Positions 50,601 through 62,148 of a stretch of DNA of 64,000 bases are shown here, piece by piece (the stretch's first letter is position 1; each line of letters starts with the position of its first letter). The notes below the pieces were generated by a model. It saw nothing but the letters and a program-made list of their open reading frames with translations, made no database searches and was not told where the DNA came from. A program made the position numbers and the translations under genes. The DNA lies in assembly GCA_964270895.1 (NCBI GenBank), contig OZ185436.1; one strand, 5' to 3'. Origin of the DNA: Podarcis filfolensis (lineage: Eukaryota).

Positions 50601-53600
50601 GTTCCCTCACTGTGAGAAGGGAACTAGGCAGAGGGCCTTCTTGGTAGTGGCGCTCACCCTGTGGAATGCCCTTCCATCAGATTTCAAGGAGATAAATAAC
50701 TATACAACTTTTAGAAGACATCTGAAGGCAGACCTGTATAGAGTTTTTTAATATTTGATGTTTTATTATGCTTTTATAATTGATGGAAGCTGCCCAGTGT
50801 GCCTGGGGCAACCAAATGATAAAATTATTATTATTCATCTCAATCTGGTCTTCCCCAGCCAACCCTCAAATCTTGGTTGCAGCCCATGGTTTGCCTGGAG
50901 CAAGAAAAATCACCAGCTCAGGTTTAGATGTAACACTAAGCAAAGTCAGTCCCTTCTGGCCAAAAGCTACAGATACCACCCACTGTGGAGTGGCACCTGA
51001 AGTTACAAAGATAAAACCTCAGAAATAATGGACAAATCCAGCCATCTATTATGCAAATGTAATTCAAAATAGGTTAAACGCTTTGGAAAAAAAATATATA
51101 AAAATGATTTATGAGATGGAATATGATCTCTTTGTTCATTTCATATATATGCCTTATTTTGATTTCCACTCTAACACTCTATGTGTTTGTAAAAGTTTTC
51201 CTGTAACATTAAAAGCAAGGCTTACAGCAGACTGAAGAGCTCCCGATAGTTCTCGTCTCCTTTTCCTTCCGATACCAAGCTGTCAAGCTTATCAATCAAT
51301 TCTGCTTCCACCTGTATTAGAGAGGAAGAAATTGTAAGACAGTAGCTGGCTTTATATATTCCAAACATCAAGGAGGCTGTGAAAATTATATTTTATGGTT
51401 CATCTCTTATGCTCTGCAGGAAGCCTGCTTTTATGAAAGGATGGATGATTTTTGCCTTCATATAAAAACATTTCCAAAGCAGCACTGACCTAATTTAAAT
51501 GTAGTAAAACAATAGCTCAACCTGGAGAATAACTTGCCTTATTTGTCTCTAACACTGTCACACCACAGTATTCAAGGTCTTTTTTGACTGAGTCAAAAGT
51601 AACATGGGCTTGTTTTATTTTTGTAACCCTGTCCTCTTCCCTGGGTTGCTTGTTCATTTATTTATCTCTTAGTAGAACAAGTGAGGACTTAAAAAAATAA
51701 ATCTATGGAACATTTATTCTACTGCTTTATACTATCTGCTAGCAATAGAAGACAAATGCTCTGAAAGTAAACCAATCCTTGCCATCAATTCTTAGCTAGA
51801 TGTTTCCCTTCACCATTTCCAAGGTACCTTCCCGTAACATTAGTGAAAATTAAAGGGCTATACTAAATCTCACGATCCCTCTAGACCAGGCTTCCTCAAC
51901 CTCGGCCCTCCAGATGTTTTGAGACTACAATTCCCAGCATCCCAGACCACTGGTCCTGCTAGCTAGGGCTCATGGGAGCTGTAGGCCAAAAACATCTGGA
52001 GGGCTGAGGTTGAGGAAGCCTGCCTAGACACTTAGTTTCTTCTATGAAAATATTACGCATCTGTTCAGAGTATTGTTGCATTCATTAAAACTCTTTTACT
52101 ATTTCTGGCAAACTACTATTTCATCAAACCACTAACTATAGCTTCACAAACAATTTTCAGTGGGGTAAGCAGCTCTTTTGATTTCATAGTCTACGAGATG
52201 CCCTGTGACATCACTTACAAGGCCCATCAATAGCCCTCGGCACATTATCCTGCATTATTTGGAACTGCCTGCCAATAACATACTTTTTCCAGACACCCAC
52301 ACACTTTTCCAGGACTCCTGTAATTCTTTCCCCCTGTCCTAGCAGGACTATATTTGCCCCTTCTCATTAGAAGAAGAGTTTGAAGAAGAGTTTGGATTTG
52401 ATATCCCGCTTTATACATTGTACATTATACATTATACAGGAACAAGGGTTATCATGAGATGTCTGAGAGAAATGGTGAAAAAAACACCTGGAAAGTCTCT
52501 ATATGTGATCCACTTTCCTTATGAAATTTTATTTTGCTCTTCAGCAAGTTTTGTTGTATTATTTTTCCTGTAATTGTTTTTATGCACAACAAGCAATAAC
52601 AACAACAACAAAGAGAAAGATCAAAGCAAGAAAGGAAAGATATGAGGAGAGAGGCAGAAGTGGTAGTATTCCAAAAACAGCATTATAATTCCAAGCAGTT
52701 GTCCTTGATAAGTATATTATTCAAGAATATTTTTTTCCAAATGACTCCATGCGAAGAGGGCAGCTGCCAATCATGTTTTTTTGCCTTAATGTATTCAATA
52801 AATGGATGTCAAGCTTTAGAAAAAAATGCACTTCATTTCCAGATGGTGTAGGGTTCAGGTATATTTTGTTACCAGTTTTGTGGTATTCTTATAAAATATC
52901 TGTTCATGCAGATGCATTACGTAGCTAAAGTTAGTGGTTCAGATCTAAAACTAGCTACTCACCCAATTGTTTTGCTTTCCTGCAGCTCTTAAATAGCTAC
53001 TGTTCTATTAAGATTAGAAAGGAGACAAGAGAGCAAACTGCACACCTCCAGTGGTAAAGGCTTGTTTAGCACAGGACTCCATGCTAGAGGTTGTGAAGGG
53101 GGCTCTCTTTTCCCCTTCTAGGCACAAAGCCCCATCTGAGCCTGGAAAACAGCCCTGCACTCAGCCTCTGTGATCAAGAAAGCCAAATACAATCTTTTTC
53201 ACTTTACACTCTCTCCTTTCTCTGCACCAGTCTCTAAACCCCCACCTGCTACACCCCCTTTTTCTGTTTCCCTTCCCACATGTTTCTCTGCAACCCTAAC
53301 ACTTTATCTGCTGTCTGCTTTCTATGTGCATTACCCTGTTTTGCTCTGCTTCCACATCCCACATGGCTCTCACCGCTTCCCAAAACGAACCCTGTTTTCT
53401 GTCTGTGTTGCTTTCCGATCCCATCCCTCTGTTAATCTTCCATCCTTTTCTCTCTTCACATCCCAAACATTTCTCAGCAACTCCCTCGTTTCATTCCATG
53501 TCTCTCTTCCTCTGTTTTCCCCTGCCTATTTCTTCCTCTGGCTTGCTGAGTTTGCTGGTGACAGAACACTCTTCCAGCAATTCACAATCAAGAGAATTTC

Positions 53601-56600
53601 AGATGCAGGTGCCCCATGTAACGTGGCGGCAACACACTAGAAAACTGGCATCGCAACGTGCCTTGGGACTCCAGTGAGAAGCAGAAGTGCAGATACAGTG
53701 CCAAATTGATTCCCCTGTTCCCATTCCCACTTTTGATAGCTTTGCTCTGGCCTTTTCTGTTCTCATAAAAAAAAAGTGCGAAAGAGCAACCAAAATGGAT
53801 TTTAGAACTCCTCCAGGAGATTTGCAAATATTGTGCGTATATTTATTTGTTCATACATGCTTAATATTTAAAAAGCTATAATGCTTCCCTTTGTAGATGT
53901 AAAACTTTCTTCCTGTAAATCAATCATGAAGAAATAAAAAAACTGTGGCATTAAAAGAGCCAAAGAGACTTATTACCTGTTTGAAGTTGCCATTTTTCCT
54001 CTGCTCCCAGTCCATCATGTCATGAAAAATTGGGATCATGATGTTACGGACCTCTGGCTGTGGGACCAGTGTGACACCCAGGAAGGGGCCAATCATTCCC
54101 GGAATAAAGTGAATTTTATGTTCACCTGGTAACAGAAAAATATAAATGTATTTATACCGTTCCCTTTGCATCTTTTCTTGCCACTCTTGTACAGACCATC
54201 ATTCTGCCAATTTAAAATATCCAATTATTCAGGCAGTGCAAGAGGTCAATCCATTTGCTTACCCTTTAAAAAAAAATAAATCTGGGTGTTTTTAACATGA
54301 TCACAATGTTGCATTCCAATACAATAAAAGAAAGTAAAGGTTTGAAACTTGCTGGGTCAGCATATTTTTGATTTGGATTTCTATGAGTTATTGGCAGAGA
54401 TTACTGCCCAAAGAACACATCCCTTCTACCTGACACTGGGTGTCAGGACGTCATGTATTTGCCATACAGAGCAGAACTTGCATATTCAACATTTCAATCA
54501 CCTTGGAAAGATATAAATAGTTTCACTTCTGCAGTTACGTTAGGATGTTTCAGAGGGTTTCTCCTGGAACACTGCTGATATCAATTCAGACTACCAGCTG
54601 TTGAAACCCTGGAACATATAGTGCTGTAGTGCAGTGTATATAATTGCCCTAGACAGAAAGGAATGAGCCAAATCCCATATAGTTGATGGATGGCCAGCAT
54701 GATTTAGAATAATGAAGGTGGATGAAGAATGTCAGATAGCAGATAAATTGCCTACTCTGCTGTTATAATGTTGAGTGGAATTGGAAATGAGTAGGATCTC
54801 TCTCTTTTTGCTGTGTGTGTTATTGTGATAGTGTTATAATTTTTTATAAGTAGAAAATATTGGATATTGTAATGGATTGTACTATTATTTTGTTTTAATT
54901 GTATTTTAAGTGGTATACTATATTTTATTGTACCATTGTATGATATACTTATACTTATGGCTAAACAATAAATATTTGGAATAAATATAGACCTTAAGTT
55001 AACATAAAGTTGGAAGGCAACTTTACCTAGATTCTGCCACATACTGAACAGTTCGTACGCCATCATCACCCGCATGTCACCATACCTGGAACAGAGGCAA
55101 AGACACAGACCTTGAGAGAATTAAATGCAGCAAAGTATTAGCTATTCAAAACAGGTTTTCTTTAATGGACAATCAATATTTAGGATTAAAAGCAATGGTG
55201 TCCACACACAAGTGGAATGGACTCTCACTCAGTAGGAATTTCCTCTCTTCCTTCCTGCAGCTCCCCCTCCTTCCATTTGCTCCAAACACTTGGGAGCAGA
55301 CTTGGGGAAGTGAGGGAAGAGAAAGAGGGGAAACCCATTTAAACAACATTGGATTTGACTGTTATATTGCATTTTATGGGATCTCAGGACTTTCTTGGTT
55401 CTTTTTCTCATTCTTGTAATATATAAGAAATAGGGTGATAAATACGAGCCATTTTTTCTCAAACACTTGAGGATGGAAATTAAATGTCCTTACTTGTCCA
55501 GTATCTTTTTACGCTTTGCTGGAGTAACAGATTCTAGTTGCAGGCTGGGCTGATTTATAAACAAGACTGACAAACTGAAATAGGAGTTCCACACCTAGAA
55601 ATCAGAAAAAATTAATTAATCATAAAAGACAAATATGTATACTGGATGTAAACTTTGTGTGGTAGCCTTGCTAGTTCTATTCAGAGTAGACCCATTGAAG
55701 TTAATTACCTTGACTAACTTAGGTTCATTAATTTCAAAGGGATTATTCTGAGCAGGACATAGCTGAACACATCCTTTGTTCACGAACATGCAGCAAACAA
55801 ATTTTACCCCCAAATCAGTTTATTCTTCCACAGGTGTCATATGGAATCATAACATAATCACAATGACACCAACGCAGATGTAACGATTAGTTCAAAATAC
55901 GGTATATGCTGTTTCTGGAAATAGATGCAATGCTAAGGACGTGATAATATTACAAAAGTGTTCATGGCATTCCTTACCTTAAAATCAAAATCTGTTTCTG
56001 TGAAATTCTTGTGCAGTGCAGGGGACAGAAACTGAACTGTTGTAACTATTATACTGTAATAAGAAAAGAGAACACATTGCGGAAATGTTTGTAAACACAC
56101 AAGTATGCTTTATTTGAACCGGCATTTAAGTTTTTTTAGGCCATTTGTCAGACTATTGGTCTATCTAGCTCTACACTGCTTGAAAGCAACTCTTCAGGCT
56201 TTCAGACAATTGTCTTCCCCAACCCTACTTGGAGAAGGTAAGACTGAACCCGAGACCTTCTACATGAAAAGCATGTGCTCTTCCACTGAGCTGCAGTCCT
56301 TAGTAACCAGAAGGGATGTCACAAAACAGAAGGGGACCATGACTATTTCTATTTCTATTAACGACTGTGATGGCATACAAACTTGACCCCATTTAAAGAT
56401 CATAACCTGAGAGGGGAGAGGTTAGAGAAAAGTCTACCTAAGGTAAATCACCCCCAAACCTGCTAGAACTTTAAATGTTACAACTTTAAAACAGAGGTGG
56501 GTAATGTGTGGCCCTCCATATATCCTTAGACTACAACTTCCATCAGCCTAAACCAACATGGTCTATAGGCAGGGGTGATGGAACTTGCAGTTCAGCAATA

Positions 56601-59600
56601 TTGGGGCGGCGGTGGGGGGCGGCAAAGGTTAGCCACACCTGTTTTAAAGGTTTAAAAACAGCACCGTGAATTCCAGACAAGGATCCTGCATCTAGAGAAA
56701 AAGCACATCATTTTCAGAAAAAAAAACCCCAAAATTTGAGCATTCTAAATTACATGTCCACTCACTTGCTGGTGAGCAATCTCATCACCATCCAATCCCG
56801 AGGAAAGACACTCATCTTCATCAGATTTCGAAATACGCAGAAAGTCTTTAGCAGAAATTCCTAGCAGAAAGGAAGAAACTGCCGTATTTTTCCGTGTATA
56901 ACATGACCCCTTGTATAAGACGACCCCTATTTGTTGAGCTTTTTTTGTAAATCTCTGGCTGACGGAACTGGTGCCGTAATACCCTGCATACTGGCACTCA
57001 CCAAATACTCTTCCTAACCCAGGAAGAGCGGGTAAGCAGCCTCCCCTCTGACATTTTCCTGCTACTGCCGCAGCACCAGCCCTCACTTACTTAGCATATT
57101 AAGCCATGTATCAGACGACCCTCAATTTATCACAAACAAATCAGAAAAAGGTCATCTTATACATGGAAAAATGTGGTAATCAGTGGCAGAATTGTAGGCA
57201 AACAATTATTCTATTTGCTGTAATTCTATCTTTTTTGTTTGACTACTACAACACTGGGACGCAGATGGCGCTGTGGGTTAAACCACACAGCCTAGGACTT
57301 GCTGATCAGAAGGTCGGTGGTTCGAATCCCCATGACGGGGTGAGCTCCCATTGCTCGGTCCCTGCTCCTGCCAACCTAGCAGTTCGAAAGCACGTCAAAG
57401 TCCAAGTAGATAAATAGGTACCGCTCCGGCGGGAAGGTAAATGGCATTTCTGTGCGCTGCTCTGGTTCGCCAGAAGTGGCTTAGTCATGCTGGCCACATG
57501 ACCCGGAAGCTGTACGCCGGTTCCCTCGGCCAATAAACCGAGATGAGCACTGCAACCCCAGAGTCGGTCACGACTGGATCTAATTGTCAGGGGTCCCTTT
57601 ACCTTTACCTTTACTACAACACTGGTACCCATATAGGAGAGGGTGGCCACCTGATGTGCCTGTGTCACAATATTCCTTTGCAGGATAGTCCTTCAGCTAT
57701 TCTCGTTCTAAACCATTTAGGTCTTAAAAAGTAACAACTATGCAATTTGAATCTAGATTTGTAATCAGTGAGGCCGATAGAAAAGAGGAGCTACATGCTA
57801 AAAAAACCTTAAACTTTAGCTGTTTTTTTCTTTTTTCTTTTTACCAGCTGCAGTTTCTGATCATTTTCAAAGACCCTTGCAGAGTATGCAGGAGTAATTC
57901 AACCTTGATTCAACTAAGGCTTTTGTACCATGCTCAGTGCTTTCCTTCTCCAGAAACATGCCTGGCCATAGCCACCACCCCAGAATCCAGGAGGATTCCT
58001 TTACTGCTAACCTAATTTTCAAGGAAATAGTAACCTCTTCTAAAAATGAGCCACATCTCTGTCACTGAGTCCATCATTCTACTTATCAGAAGCAATTGTC
58101 TCTTGCCGGGATTACATTTCAAATTGTTAGTTCACATCTAATCTATTACTATTCTCAGGAATAGATTCAGAACCTGCACAGCCTCCCTGAACAGGAGACA
58201 GTGTTGGGTATCATTGCTATATTGATGACATCATATTCAAAATGTCCAGAGACTTTTCCCAAGTTGCTTCATGTATGTCAGAGGTGAGATAACCCCATCC
58301 AACAAGCTGGATGCTGTTGCAAACAGATTTCACCTGGCCCTCTGAGCACCCTCCCAGTCTTCACTTCTGCAGGGGAAGGGAATCTGGAGCTAGGCAAAGT
58401 GTGAAATTGCAGCTCCTTCCTCTGCGAAATTTGCGGCAAGAAGATCAAAGCAGAGGGGGAAATGTCTCAGCACACCTACCTTGCAAATATGCTGAAAGCA
58501 AGCCAAGCATTTGGCAATTGCAATTGCTCCTGAAAACTGCATACATGAATTTTGAAGTTATAGTTTGTGTAACTGTAAGGTAAAGGTAAAGGACCCTTGG
58601 ACAGTTAAGTCCAGTCAAAGGTGACTATGCGGTGCGGCGCTCATCTAGCTTTCAGGCTGAGAGAGCCGGTGTTTGTCCACAGACAGCTTTCTGGGTCATG
58701 CAGCTAGCATGACTAAACTGCTTCTGGCACAATGAACACTGTGACAGAAGCCAGAGCGCATGGAAACGCTGTTTACCTTCCCACTGCCATGGTACCTTTT
58801 TATTTACTTGCATTGGTGTGCTTTCAAACTACTCAGTTGGCAGAAATAGGGACAGGGCAACAGAAGCTCAACCCACTGCACGGGTTCGAACTGCCAACCT
58901 TCTGACCAGCAAGCCCAATAGGCTCAGTGGTTTAGACCACAGCACCACTTAATATGCAATAGATAAATATTGAAAATCATTCTGAAAACTTGTGATATAG
59001 TCCACTGCTGCTATTTTTCATCAGCTCTATTGGTAAAATATATATGATTAGGGTTGGTTCTTAGCTTACCTTTAATTCATCCTTGCTTTGGAAATTCTCC
59101 AGTAAATGTTGGAAATGAGTGTCAGACATCTGACGAAGTAGAGACAAAAGACAGGACACATATTCCCCCTGCCAATCCCAATGAAGAATTATTTTATTAG
59201 AATGATCACATTTTCAATTCATATAACAAAAAATACCTTTGGGGTAGAGGGAAAAGGAGTAAGGGGTGAAAATGTTTCAATACTTGTGAAAGCAAAGCAC
59301 ATGTGTATGGATTTTAAAGTACTTGTCTTGATCATTTCAAATTAATATTTCTATTTGGTAAATTCATATTGAGTAGTCTATTTTGTTGAAGAGGCATAAT
59401 ATCAATTTAAAAACAACATAAGAAATTATTTAGCCCAATAAATTCAGGATGGATAAAGTTAGGGTAAGAATTTGATTTGTCTCTTTTCAGTGGAAAAGGG
59501 AAAAAAAGGAATATAATTTCTCCCTGCCACCCCCACGCAGAATTTAAATAATCCAGCCTCAAATATTTTGCAATTCTCCCTAGATGGCTCTGGTGCTTTC

Positions 59601-62103
59601 GATAGCCTTCTCAGCATGTGATGTAATATCATTTTCTCCTTTATAAAGATTCATAATTTTGACTAATTGGAAAAAACAGGACAAATTGTATAAAAGCTTC
59701 CCAGGGATAAATAGAATAATAGTATCCTTCAGTGAGAAATTACTTAGCATTTTATTATGGTGCCCACTGATAACTTTCAATTAGGGCAGCCAATGACTGG
59801 CAACTAATTCACAATATAATCTATGCTCCTTTGAGTAGCTAAGTAAATGAGCGGCACCATGGCGGCTGTGCTTAACTTTACCACTGGAATGAAGGGCAAG
59901 GTTTTCAGTTTTGAAGTAGGTAAAAGTTCATGCAGGAAAGGCGGAACAAGGTGAAATGCTGTGTTGAGGGAAAGGGAGAAGGTTAGATAAGCAGGAAATA
60001 GAACCTGATTGTTAGTTACTAACAGTGATTTCAGCTGTGCACTGTGGGCAACGTTGTCCTCTTACCGCCTCCTGAGATTGTGATTTACTCATGATAGTAA
60101 GTAAAGTTTGTAAAAGTACATCCAGGAGGCTCTCCACCATCATTTCTACCTCCTCAATGACATCTGTCTCCTACAGTAAGCAGTTAAAAAAAGCAGACAG
60201 TTACCATCCTATGGAATGGAAATGGTATGCCGAAGGTATTCAGTGGATCCAAAATGCTGCCCACACATTATTATCTAAGATGGTCCCGTTGAATCTGTAA
60301 AAGTTGCTTAATATAGATCCTTCAGCTCTTAAGAGTTTGTAGCCAAACTAATTTCCAAAATGTATAACTCAAAGCAGATATTCTTTCTGAAAATAGCAGT
60401 CACTACATTAACTGGATGATTTTAGAATAATCATTTATCATTGCCATTAATTGTTATCTGTTTGATCCTGTAAAACTGAGTACCCAAACTGAACCCAACA
60501 TTTTCATGGACAATTTTGGAACTAATGCAGGAACTTAGTAGAATGAATGTCTAGGGCATAATGTAGTCTGAATGCTGTGTGTCACAAACATAAAATCTTA
60601 GCAATTTCATGATTCTGCTAGACTATCCCCTGGTAATTGTGCATAGGATTGTAGCTTTGGGAAATCTTTTAAAGGATCAAATTTTCTTTCCAATAATAAC
60701 AAAAGCACTGATCATACAACCATACATATCTACAGTTTCGCCGTTGCTACTGTGTTGTACTGCATATGCACAGCCCTCACAGGTAATAATTACATGGCAA
60801 ATTCCTACTCGACATGTCCCAAAATTCAGTATACACCTGTGGAAAGTAGGCCACAAATAGCTGTACACAATTCATAGTTCAAATTCTTAGGAGTGTAATA
60901 CAAAGGTAGGCATATAATTTACCACAGAACTAGTTTTGATGATGGAGAAGATACTACTGAGGATTCCAGAGCAGATAAGCAACTCTTTTTGCTGTCTAAG
61001 GTGAAGATGAATATGATGAAGAACCACAGGTAACAAGATGCGCCGGGATTCTAGAAGTGGGAAACAAAAGGCAACATTTTCTTATGAGAGAGCTTCAGCT
61101 ATTGGTATAAGAAGCCTCATTGTTATTCAAAGGCATGCATGTAAAAATGAAAAAGCTAGCATTAATAATAGACAAAGGCACAATAAAATTCACTTAATTG
61201 GCCCCTTTATAAACAGCATGCCAGCTTAATTAGGGATTGCCAGGAAACAAAGTTTGAGTGGAATCCATTTTTTACTCAAATTCTAATTCGAAACAAAGAA
61301 TTAATTTACACGGTGTTACAAAAGGCATGCATAATTTCCATTGCAGTGAATAGGATTAAAACCACGTGTGAATTGTCAATTTACTAGCGGCAATAACCTG
61401 CTGGTGTTTAATGTTGGTTCATACAGGAATGGAGTAAGCCAAAGGTCACATGAGACAGCAGCACAATAGATGGCACTAGCAACTGTCTACTAGACCTTAA
61501 ATAGAAACGGCACACTGGCTGCACACGAAGTCAAAACATACCGGGTGAATTAATTCAGGTTAGGTTGGACAAACCAATACATACCTCATTAATAACATTC
61601 CTCTGTTACCTACTTATTTGAACATGAGCATTGGCAAGTCAACTGATATCTTCTGTACAACACTGACAAGTGTATAGAATGTCTAGTGTATAAAATGTTT
61701 TACAATCTTTTGCTACATTGGCTCCCAGTATGTTTCCAAGCACAATTCAAAGTGTTGGTGTTGACCTTTCAAGCCCTAAACAGCCTCGGCCCAGTATACC
61801 TGAAGGAGCATCTCCACCCCCATCGTTCTGACCAGACACTGAGATCCAGCCCTGAGGGCCTTCTGTCAGTTCCCTCCCTGCGAGAAGCGAGGTTACAGGG
61901 AACCAGGCAGAGGGCCTTCTTCGTAGTGGCATCCGCCCTGTGGAATGCCCTCCCATCAGATGTCAAAGAGATAAACAACTATCTGATGTTTAGAAGACAT
62001 CTAAAGGCAGCCCTGTTTAGGGAAGTTTTTAATGACTGATGTTTTAATGTATTTTTAATCTTTGTTGGAAGCTGCCCAGAGCCACCCAGATGGGTGGGGT
62101 ATA

Positions 62104-62148
<45 letters not shown>

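Noticed and set aside
53170-53677. 156-aa and 117-aa plus-strand ORFs
   Set aside because: They arise from a CT-rich low-complexity tract (Phe/Leu/Ser/Pro bias); no homology or splice support.
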